From a virus: a stretch of DNA of 64,000 nt. Under the pieces are notes generated by a model, which made no database searches, was not told where the DNA came from, and saw only the letters and a list, made by a program, of their open reading frames with translations. The stretch covers positions 4,253-68,252 of IMG/VR virus record IMGVR_UViG_3300028829_003739; one strand, 5' to 3'. This document shows positions 38,862-47,925 of the stretch, piece by piece. The translations under genes and the position numbers were made by a program. Within the stretch, counting starts at the first letter, position 1. Every line of letters starts with the position of its first letter.

Positions 38862-41645
38862 ATGAAAAAGAAAGTTAGAATATATAAAAACCCTGAGATG
38901 AAAAAGGGCGGTGATTTTAAACCTCATATGATGTATGATCCTAAAACAGGACAAGGGTATGAGGCTAAAACTATGGAAGATCATTTACGAATGAAAGAAA
39001 TGGGATATCTCCATGATGATGAATTACCTAAGAAACAAATGGGAGCTAATATACCAGCACCTAATTTTGATGTTAACTTAATGAAATCTATTCAAAAGGA
39101 AAGAACTCCTTTTTCATCATCATCCTTACAAAATGAAAGTACAGACGAGATAATTGAACAGCGTAAACAAACGTTTACTAATTATTTATCTGACAATAAT
39201 ACTAGAATCATGGCCGGTGAGGCAATGAATGAAGTAGTAGCAAATCTTGGAAAGAATGTAGATCAAGCTTACTTAGATAGAATTAATCAGTTAAGAGGTA
39301 ATACAAATAATACAGGCTTACCAGCAAAACAAAATATATTTGGTAATGTTACAACTGGAATATATGGTGATGTAGCTACTAACCCTTTTGAATTATTTTC
39401 TAAAATGGGTAATAGATCTTTTACATCTAAACTAAAATTAAACTTAGATGAAGATGAAAAAGATGCATACAAAAATTACTATAACCAGAGTAAGGAAAAT
39501 CAATTAACTGCACAGAATAATTTTGAAAATGAAGTAAACCAAGGTGTTGCTGGTGGGTTCCAAGCATTTAATAATAGAATGCAAGAACTTAATGAAAAGT
39601 ATCCTGATGGCAAGATACCTTTAAGTGAAAATATAAAAGCTACTAGTTCTATAGTAGGTAACAATGGTATTATTAATTTACCAGGTAATAGATATGGAGG
39701 ATTAAAACAGTATGAGCCTGGCGGATCATCTGAAGATGAAAACAATGGTGCAACAGGAGTAACTGGCGTAACAGGTGTAACAGGTGTTACAGGAACAGTA
39801 GGTCCTGACGGTAATGCTACTGAAGTTATACCAAATATTAATTATAGTGACTATGGTTTAGGTACTACAGGAGCTGTAGGAGTAAATGATTATTATACTG
39901 CGCAACGTGATAATACTTATGTCAATTTACCAAATTTACCACAAACAGACTTTGATGAAATAGCTATATCAGGTAATATAAATGAAGACATACCAATAAG
40001 TTTAGATAATACTGGTACTTATGAGGAACCTGAAGAAGAAGCTGTAATTTCAACATCTGATAATAATACAACTAGTAATACAACTAATAATACAAAAGAA
40101 GTGCCAGCTGTAACAACAGAAGTAGAACCTGAAGTCGAAGTTGAAGAGCCTAAAGGTAATTATACTGAAGAATATTATAAAGAGATAGGTGCAAATGTTG
40201 ATGAAGGTTCTAACGGATCATCAGAAAATGTTGATCCTGTTACAGGTAGACAGTTATATATGACTGACTATAAATATAAAGGTAGGAGATTTGGTAAAGG
40301 ACCGAGAAAAGTTAAAATGAGTTTTGCTTTAGTTCCTGATCAAGTAGGTAACAGTGCAGAATCAAATATAGTAAAACAAGTAGACGCTAATAAAGTTACA
40401 GAACAACAAGTTGAACAGCAACAAAATAGAGTTGATTATGATGGTGATGGTGTTCCAGATTCTTATCCTAAGAATCCAAATGCTACTGTTGATTATGACG
40501 GAGATGGTATTTTAGATTCTTATCCTGTAAGACCTGAAGACGCACCTGTAAGTACACCTGCTGTAACATCAAATCCTGCAACTGGAGATATAGTTAGAGA
40601 TCAAAGTAATCGTGCTGCAATGGAAGCAAACTTATATGGTAATCAAGCTATAGAAGAAGAAGTTGAAACACCTAATATGTTTGGACCTACAAATCAAGCA
40701 GGGCCAATAGCAGGATCTACTGAAATGTTTGATCCGCAAAAAACTGATGCTAATATAACTCGTAACCAGCTTGAACAAGAAGCTGATGCTTTAAGTGGTT
40801 TTAGAGATAATATAACGGATATGATGGATCAAGGCATTGTACCTTCAGGTAACTATAGATTTGACGGTCAACAAGCAGCAGTAGCTAAAGCTATTGAAGA
40901 AGCATGGTTAGAACAAGGTAAACCTTCTAAAGAAGATTTTGTAAATCCTTATCCTGATTTTTATATGTTTCCAGAAAACAATGCTGCAACAAATGCAAAT
41001 GGTTCTTCAGCTCCAGCCTTAACACAAGGCAATGCAGTTTCTGCTCCTACACCACAAACAGAAGATAGATATCAGATGTCAGAAGGTGAGCAGTATATGA
41101 GAAATCAAATGCAAAGACAAGACAGTAGAGCACCTAAAGGTTCATATGAAGCATACAATAACAGGTATGGAGGATTAAAAAGATTTAACCCAGGTGGAGA
41201 AGCAGATATAGCAATGCCTGAATTTAATACAGATTGGTTAAAAGCTGATGAAGAAGGTAGAGGGCCATTAGATATTACAACTAAGATGGGTCCAACATTT
41301 GCTGATTATGTAGGAGGATTAGAAGGTACTGCTAGAAAGGGAGTATTAAACTTTATGAATAATAGAGAAGCAGATAGCTTAGAAGCTAGTTTACCTGGCA
41401 CAAGTGCTGATGATATGTTTAAAGTAAGTGGAGCTGATTCTGGTAAAAACTTAGTTAATGCTCAAGGTATTGGAGCAACATTTGATCCAAGAGGCGTTAT
41501 GATGAGAGAACAATTTGACGGTGCATCGGGATATCAATATACTCAATACGGAGGTTCAATTGAATCAGGAGGAGTATATGATCTTACAGAAAATGAAATA
41601 CAAGAAATATTAAGATCTGGAGGACAGGTTCAATACTTAGATTAA
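38862..41645 (+). CDS. Low-complexity virion cargo protein
   Basis: Largely disordered, with a (GVT)n collagen-like run, two DYDGDG repeats and multiple xxGG motifs. Confidence 0.55.
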   Translation: MKKKVRIYKNPEMKKGGDFKPHMMYDPKTGQGYEAKTMEDHLRMKEMGYLHDDELPKKQMGANIPAPNFDVNLMKSIQKERTPFSSSSLQNESTDEIIEQRKQTFTNYLSDNNTRIMAGEAMNEVVANLGKNVDQAYLDRINQLRGNTNNTGLPAKQNIFGNVTTGIYGDVATNPFELFSKMGNRSFTSKLKLNLDEDEKDAYKNYYNQSKENQLTAQNNFENEVNQGVAGGFQAFNNRMQELNEKYPDGKIPLSENIKATSSIVGNNGIINLPGNRYGGLKQYEPGGSSEDENNGATGVTGVTGVTGVTGTVGPDGNATEVIPNINYSDYGLGTTGAVGVNDYYTAQRDNTYVNLPNLPQTDFDEIAISGNINEDIPISLDNTGTYEEPEEEAVISTSDNNTTSNTTNNTKEVPAVTTEVEPEVEVEEPKGNYTEEYYKEIGANVDEGSNGSSENVDPVTGRQLYMTDYKYKGRRFGKGPRKVKMSFALVPDQVGNSAESNIVKQVDANKVTEQQVEQQQNRVDYDGDGVPDSYPKNPNATVDYDGDGILDSYPVRPEDAPVSTPAVTSNPATGDIVRDQSNRAAMEANLYGNQAIEEEVETPNMFGPTNQAGPIAGSTEMFDPQKTDANITRNQLEQEADALSGFRDNITDMMDQGIVPSGNYRFDGQQAAVAKAIEEAWLEQGKPSKEDFVNPYPDFYMFPENNAATNANGSSAPALTQGNAVSAPTPQTEDRYQMSEGEQYMRNQMQRQDSRAPKGSYEAYNNRYGGLKRFNPGGEADIAMPEFNTDWLKADEEGRGPLDITTKMGPTFADYVGGLEGTARKGVLNFMNNREADSLEASLPGTSADDMFKVSGADSGKNLVNAQGIGATFDPRGVMMREQFDGASGYQYTQYGGSIESGGVYDLTENEIQEILRSGGQVQYLD

Positions 41646-41655
41646 ATAAGATACT

Positions 41656-44600
41656 ATGAAAAGGAAAGTAAAAATAACTAAACTACCTAAAAAGGTACAT
41701 GGTGGTGAAACTAGAATGTTTGGCCCGCAAACTCCTCCAGTAGACAATACATCTAATCCTGGGCCAGGTTCTTATATAGGAGGAAATGATCCTAAAATTA
41801 AAACTAGAAGAACATTAAAACCTACTACAGAAGAGAATGCTAACTTAGAAGCTGAATTAGGAGAAACAGTAGTTACTAATTTAGATCAAGGTGGTATTCC
41901 TGAATTTTATAAGATAGGAGGTAAAAGACATTCTAGAGGAGGAACATTTTTAAATTTACCTGAAAACTCATTTATCTATTCTAGAGATAATAAAATGAAA
42001 ATTAAAGATCCAGACATTTTAGAAATGTTTGGTAAGACAGGTAAAAAGGGATACACTCCTGCTGAATTATCTAAGACTTATGATTTAAATAAGTATAGAG
42101 AAATATTAGCAAATAATACATCTTCACCAAGAGCTATTGAAACTGCAGAAGCAATGATTCAAAATTATAATCTTAAGCTTGGTGCATTAGCTTTAGTTCA
42201 AGAATCTATGAAAGGATTTGAAAATGGTATACCTGATATAGCACAACCTTATTTACAATCTGTAGGAATAGATCCTTCTCAACTTGTTTCACCTCAGAAT
42301 CCACCTACACAACAACAAGTAGAAATGGCAATGTTTGGTAAAGAAGTTTCTCCAAAAAAAAGGAGAGTAGCTGTATATAAGAAAGGTGGTCAAACATTAT
42401 TATCAAGAGATGTTGAGTTACAAATGTTTAATAAAGGTGGTAACATTCCTAAAGATGATTTAGCTTATATAGATCAAATTATAGATTTTGAATTATCACA
42501 CGGTGCAGCAGACGGTACAGGATTATCATATGAAGAATTTACAAAAAATGGCGCAACAGATAGAGCTAGCGCAAGAAGATTTATATATGACAACTATGTA
42601 GTACCTAATCAAGATTTACCTATAGAATTAAGAAAGAGAGCTGTAGATATGCATCTTAATAGTGAAGATCCTAGAGGAGCTTTGTTAGAAGCAGCAGGTA
42701 AACTTGATGCTACAACTAAAGGAGCTTTATATAGAAATAAAGATGAAGTAACTAAATTAATAGCAGAAGAAAAAGGTATACCGGTTGAACAAGTAACTCC
42801 AGAAATTTATGATGCAAATCGTAGAAAACATTTAGGATTTGACGAAGGTAGATTAAATGCAGCCTGGGATAATAATAAAGCTGATGTTGTAAAACTATAT
42901 AAAGACAAAGGTTTTGTAAATAGTTTTGATAAAGCAAAAGATAGAAGCTATCGAAATACTAATGGTGGTGTAGCTTATGATACGCAATACAAGTATAGGG
43001 TTGATATGTGGAACAAAGATGCTGCTAATTATAAAGATCCTTCATTATATAAAAATGCAGATTACAATGGTGGAGCACCTGTAATAGGAACAAGTAATAC
43101 TTATGATACAAAATTAGTTGTTCCAGAAAATAATGCTCCAGCAGAAGTTGTAGAAGCTCCAGTTGTAACACCTGAAGCTACAATTGAACAGCCAGTTCAG
43201 GGACAACCTAATACTGAAATAAACGTTCCTAATTTTGTTCCTGATTTATCTGGTGCAGGTAATCCTAATAGTATTCCTGCTAATAATATAGTAGACAGGC
43301 AATCACCAAAAGAAGGTGAAACAAGATCTGAATTTATGGGTAGAACAATTGGAAATCCAGGTACCTTTGCAGATAACAGTGTTTGGAATGGAACTGAATT
43401 TGTAAAACCTAATGCACAAGTAGAAGAAGTTAACGTTCCTAAAACAACAGGACGTACTACTAAAAAACAAAATATACCTGACGGTTCACAAATTCATAAT
43501 CCTGAAGCAGCTAATTATAATCCTGACAATGTTAGAGCAGGACATTATATTAGAAAAGATGATGGTACATATGAAAAAGTAACTAAGGTTGTAAAAGAAT
43601 CTCCTTACAGTGGAAGAAGTATTGAAGAGATAGATGAAAAATTAGGAGAGTCTAGAGAAGCATATGGTAGACTTGAGCAAAAATTATTGAATGATAAGGA
43701 TTTACAAAATGCTATTGTAACTAAATATAAAGAAAGAATAGCTAACGCTAAACCTAATAAAGTATTAACTCAAGCTGATATAGATGCTGCTGCAGCAATG
43801 TCACCAGAAGAGATTATTAAAAATTATCTTGATGCTGAAAAGCAAATGATGATTATTAATGCAACAGCACCAGAAGGTCAAAGTAAAGGTCATAGTAAAT
43901 ATGATAAGATAGGAGCTGATGGTAAGCTTGCTTATACTGATAAAGCTACTTCATTAGGACTAAATCCTTTAAATCCTGCACAAGCTTTAGGATTCCAAGC
44001 AGTAACTAACAGTATGTTAGATTTAGGTGAAGATGAAAAGACTAAAGGTCTTGTAAAAGGAATTAAGATTGAGGGCTTAGGTTATAAAGGTGATGTTGGT
44101 AGAAAAGGTAGATCAGAAATTTCTTTAGACGATGGTATCATAGGTGATCAAACTATAGGTCAAATAGCTACGTATTCAGATAATAAAAAATCATTTGAAA
44201 CAGAAGCTTTACCTGATGCAGTTAATAAGACAAAAGAAGTCAAAACACAAGATACACCGTTTAAAACTCCTACTCAACAACCAAAAAAATGGTGGACGCA
44301 AGATTTATTATCTACTGGTAATTTAGCAGGTATATATGCAGGTATTAAAAAATCTCCTGTTTATACTGCACCTTTAGCAACACCACCAGAAATAGATCCA
44401 ACATTTGTTGACTTTAGAGGTACTGCTTCTAATATAGCTTCTAATGTTGCATCAGGACAAAGACAAGCTGCAACATTTGCAGGTCCACAAGCTTATAACG
44501 CAAGAGCTTCACAAATCTCTGCTAAAGCTGATGATCAAATTAGAAAAGCTCAAGCATTAGAATATCAAACTAATCAAGGAGCTGCAATGAAAGCTGATCA

Positions 44601-45048
44601 AATAAATACAATGACAGCTGCAAGGTTAGCTCCTTATATGCAAGCAACTAATCAAAGAAGGTTTGATGCTCCTATTATAGCAGAACAACAATATAAAAAT
44701 GCTAAAAATAAGGCAAGAACATCTTTAGTAGGACAAATCAATCAAGGTTTAACAAATGCTGGTAATACTGCTGCATTAAACGCAATGACTCCTAACTTCC
44801 AAGTAGATCCTGGAGGATTAAATATTAATAGAACAGGTGACATATATAAAACAGGTGTTGCTAATATAGATAAGAATGCTGCAGCACAGATGACATATGA
44901 AAAAGCATTTAACCAAGCAAAAAGTTTAAAGCCTGGAGCTTCAGGTACAGAATTAGATAAAATTGCAAGGGGATTAATGGGTCAAGTTGAAGTACCTAAT
45001 GTTGCAGATGCAACACAACTAATGTATCCAGGAGCAGCTAGAACATAA
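41656..45048 (+). CDS. Virion cargo/ejection protein
   Basis: N-terminal ANLEAE.GETV..IGG.RHS.GGT.L.LP..SFIYS motif and an Ala/Gln-rich helical C-terminus. Confidence 0.6.
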   Translation: MKRKVKITKLPKKVHGGETRMFGPQTPPVDNTSNPGPGSYIGGNDPKIKTRRTLKPTTEENANLEAELGETVVTNLDQGGIPEFYKIGGKRHSRGGTFLNLPENSFIYSRDNKMKIKDPDILEMFGKTGKKGYTPAELSKTYDLNKYREILANNTSSPRAIETAEAMIQNYNLKLGALALVQESMKGFENGIPDIAQPYLQSVGIDPSQLVSPQNPPTQQQVEMAMFGKEVSPKKRRVAVYKKGGQTLLSRDVELQMFNKGGNIPKDDLAYIDQIIDFELSHGAADGTGLSYEEFTKNGATDRASARRFIYDNYVVPNQDLPIELRKRAVDMHLNSEDPRGALLEAAGKLDATTKGALYRNKDEVTKLIAEEKGIPVEQVTPEIYDANRRKHLGFDEGRLNAAWDNNKADVVKLYKDKGFVNSFDKAKDRSYRNTNGGVAYDTQYKYRVDMWNKDAANYKDPSLYKNADYNGGAPVIGTSNTYDTKLVVPENNAPAEVVEAPVVTPEATIEQPVQGQPNTEINVPNFVPDLSGAGNPNSIPANNIVDRQSPKEGETRSEFMGRTIGNPGTFADNSVWNGTEFVKPNAQVEEVNVPKTTGRTTKKQNIPDGSQIHNPEAANYNPDNVRAGHYIRKDDGTYEKVTKVVKESPYSGRSIEEIDEKLGESREAYGRLEQKLLNDKDLQNAIVTKYKERIANAKPNKVLTQADIDAAAAMSPEEIIKNYLDAEKQMMIINATAPEGQSKGHSKYDKIGADGKLAYTDKATSLGLNPLNPAQALGFQAVTNSMLDLGEDEKTKGLVKGIKIEGLGYKGDVGRKGRSEISLDDGIIGDQTIGQIATYSDNKKSFETEALPDAVNKTKEVKTQDTPFKTPTQQPKKWWTQDLLSTGNLAGIYAGIKKSPVYTAPLATPPEIDPTFVDFRGTASNIASNVASGQRQAATFAGPQAYNARASQISAKADDQIRKAQALEYQTNQGAAMKADQINTMTAARLAPYMQATNQRRFDAPIIAEQQYKNAKNKARTSLVGQINQGLTNAGNTAALNAMTPNFQVDPGGLNINRTGDIYKTGVANIDKNAAAQMTYEKAFNQAKSLKPGASGTELDKIARGLMGQVEVPNVADATQLMYPGAART

Positions 45049-45101
45049 ACTTACAGGGTTTGATAAACTTGTATTATTTTTATAAAAATAAATAGAAAAA
45101 A

Positions 45102-45290
45102 ATGGCAACATATTTAAAAGGCGTAACAGACTATATACCAGAGGTGCAACCTTTTACACCAAACTATAATTTATATGGTAAGGTATTAAGTTTCAAACAA
45201 GGAAAGTTTGATGCAGCATCAAAACAGTTGAGTAGTTTATATAGATTTATCATTACAACAAAATTTAGATGCTGCAAAGGATGTATTTAA
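45102..45290 (+). CDS. N-terminal fragment of cargo protein (frame break near 45240)
   Basis: Strong A-rich start (MATYLKGVTDYIP) with protein-like sequence up to SSLY, then atypical residues. Confidence 0.55.
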   Translation: MATYLKGVTDYIPEVQPFTPNYNLYGKVLSFKQGKFDAASKQLSSLYRFIITTKFRCCKGCI

Positions 45291-47925
45291 TGGTTTACTT
45301 GACAATAAGAATATTGCTAAAGATATGGTCTGGACTAAAAACTGGATGAATGAAATGCAAAGAGGTGAATCATTAAGAAATTGTGTTGATCCTAAAAAGT
45401 GCGGAGGTACTTGGTGGGAAGGAGGAGATCAGTATATGAACTTAAAAAGAATGGAGTTCAAAAATGCAGATCCTAATCAAGCAATGGCTATGGGTAAAAC
45501 TAATTATGTTGCTGCACAAAACATTACAGAAAAAGCAATGGCTATAGCTAAAGATTTAGATATAGAGATTGAAGCTGATCCTGTACGTCAAGGAGGTTTT
45601 ATTATTAAAGGTTCTGATGATGCAAAAGAAGCACAAGTATTCAATAATTTACTTATGGGTGCTATAGGTAAAGATCCTTTGGTACAAGATTATTATAGAG
45701 CACAGCAATACAATAAAAGAATGAACTTTGCTTTATCTAATGAACAAAAATACGGTTCTATTGATGCAGCTAATACAGCATATATAAATGAAAACTTTGC
45801 TGTACTTTCTAATTTAGAAACTAGAGAAGCTCAAGCAGAAGATGATTTAAATAATACTAAAGCTAAACAGACTGAGTTACAGAAGATTGCTGCTAATACT
45901 ATACCTGCTAATAGAAGAAGTATGGTAGATATTAATAATGAGCTTCAAAAAGAAACTGCAGCATATACAGAAACAGTTGGTGTATTAAAAGAAGCTAATG
46001 GTCACGGGAGAGTTGCTGTAAATAATGCTAATAATCCTGCAATGAGTGCTAGCAGTATGGATAAAGTTTTAGGTAATCTACAACTATCAGGTGAAATTAC
46101 AGGTGTTGCTAATAACTTAGCAATGGCTAAAGTAACTAGGGATATAGAAGTAGATGATTACGCATTAGAAAATGTTAAGTTTAAAAATAGACTTTTCATG
46201 GAAGATGTAAAATCTCAAAACAAGTTTAAATTAGAAAAGTTTAAATTCAATTTAGAACAAGCGGCTGAACAATTAAAAGCTCAAGGTACTTCAAATATGA
46301 ATACTTCGACTAAAATTGATATTAAGGGAGCTAACGCAGTAGGCGACTTAGACAGTGATTCAGATGAAAATATGATGCGAACATATAACGCATTTGACAA
46401 AAAAATTAAAAAAGCATCTAATTCATTAAGTGCTTCTGAGAATGCTCTTATTACAGAAGTATTATACAAAACTAAGAATGAGGGTAGACTAGGTGACGTA
46501 CAAGCAAAAGAAGATTATGTGAATATGGTATATGGATATTTCAATGCATATAACGATGCACCTAGTGATGATCCTAATGACGCTACTCTTCCTAAATTAA
46601 ACGCTATAGTTAGACAAATGCAAGGTGCTAAAACTCTAAATGAAAGATATAAGATTGCTGAAAAAGCAGAATTAGATTTAGAAAAACTTGCAGGTCCAGC
46701 TTTAGATGGAATGTATGATAAGATATACGCACCAATATTAAATCCAAAATCTAAAAAAGCAGCACTAAGGAAAAAATATCTTAATGAAGTTTGGCAACAA
46801 TCATTTAAACATAAGCAAACTATTAAGGCTAAAGATATGATATTATCACAAATGGATGATGTATATGTAGATCAGGTTACGCAGGTTATGGGAGGAGTAA
46901 ATAGTAGTCCTCAAATGAGTGCGCTTGGTCCAATACTTAAAGCATATATAGATCCTAGTACAGGAAGGCCTAGATCAAATGATGAGTTTGCAAGAATACT
47001 TGCTAATGATCCTAATTACACTTATAGAGATGGTATTGACATGATTAATGGTGATTACGATGACATGGATGATATTGTAGGAGATGACTTAGAAGACTAT
47101 AAATTAAATGATTTATGGAAAGTTGCTTTTACTGAATTTGCTGTACCTAATTCTAGTGGTATTGCACCAGGCTTAGGTGATAAGTTTACACAAGGTAATT
47201 TGTATTCTATGGTAGATCCTGATGCATATAGTAGTAACGCTGTTCAAGGTACTGTAAGTTATTTAAGAAACGCTTTAACTGCAAAAGATGTAATATTTGC
47301 AAAAGGAGATTTTGAAGAAAACCTTCCATCTGATGATTCTGATGCTAAGTTAATGACACGTCAGATATTAAACGGTATTAATACTTATAAAGGAAAAGAC
47401 TATAGACCTATATTTGATGTAACTTATTCTAATATAGCAGGTAGTACTGATTCTCATGTTGGCTTAAACATTAAAGTTCTCAATGAACAATTCTTTGATA
47501 AATTCAAAGGTGTTAAAGATGACCGAAGTGATTTATATGAAAAGAGAGAAGATATAATGCAAAATGGTATAACTATTTATCTTCCTAGAACAGAAGCAAA
47601 TAATATTTTTACTCAAAGAGCAGAACAATCACCGCTTGATGATGTAATGACTTTAGCAAACGAAATTGATTTTGATCAATATGATCCTAACTATATAAAA
47701 GACCTTAAACTTACAAATTCAAGAGAAGGTTATATTTTAACAGGTGATGTAAGAGTTGGTTTAAATCCAGATGGAACTCCTGAATTTGACGCAATAAGAG
47801 AAGTATATAATAAAGGTGGTGCAGGAACATTAGAAGCTATAGCATCTGATATTAATTTAAAAATGGAACCTTTATTACAAATAGGACAAGCTCAAGATAA
47901 TCAGTACATGCAAAATAATAGGTAA
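45232..47925 (+). CDS. Virion cargo/ejection protein, main part (frame opens at 45232; ORF track starts 45325)
   Basis: Open frame IDLSLQQNLDAAKDVFNGLLDNKNIAKD precedes the first Met. Helical protein. Confidence 0.6.
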   Translation, partial: VVYIDLSLQQNLDAAKDVFNGLLDNKNIAKDMVWTKNWMNEMQRGESLRNCVDPKKCGGTWWEGGDQYMNLKRMEFKNADPNQAMAMGKTNYVAAQNITEKAMAIAKDLDIEIEADPVRQGGFIIKGSDDAKEAQVFNNLLMGAIGKDPLVQDYYRAQQYNKRMNFALSNEQKYGSIDAANTAYINENFAVLSNLETREAQAEDDLNNTKAKQTELQKIAANTIPANRRSMVDINNELQKETAAYTETVGVLKEANGHGRVAVNNANNPAMSASSMDKVLGNLQLSGEITGVANNLAMAKVTRDIEVDDYALENVKFKNRLFMEDVKSQNKFKLEKFKFNLEQAAEQLKAQGTSNMNTSTKIDIKGANAVGDLDSDSDENMMRTYNAFDKKIKKASNSLSASENALITEVLYKTKNEGRLGDVQAKEDYVNMVYGYFNAYNDAPSDDPNDATLPKLNAIVRQMQGAKTLNERYKIAEKAELDLEKLAGPALDGMYDKIYAPILNPKSKKAALRKKYLNEVWQQSFKHKQTIKAKDMILSQMDDVYVDQVTQVMGGVNSSPQMSALGPILKAYIDPSTGRPRSNDEFARILANDPNYTYRDGIDMINGDYDDMDDIVGDDLEDYKLNDLWKVAFTEFAVPNSSGIAPGLGDKFTQGNLYSMVDPDAYSSNAVQGTVSYLRNALTAKDVIFAKGDFEENLPSDDSDAKLMTRQILNGINTYKGKDYRPIFDVTYSNIAGSTDSHVGLNIKVLNEQFFDKFKGVKDDRSDLYEKREDIMQNGITIYLPRTEANNIFTQRAEQSPLDDVMTLANEIDFDQYDPNYIKDLKLTNSREGYILTGDVRVGLNPDGTPEFDAIREVYNKGGAGTLEAIASDINLKMEPLLQIGQAQDNQYMQNNR

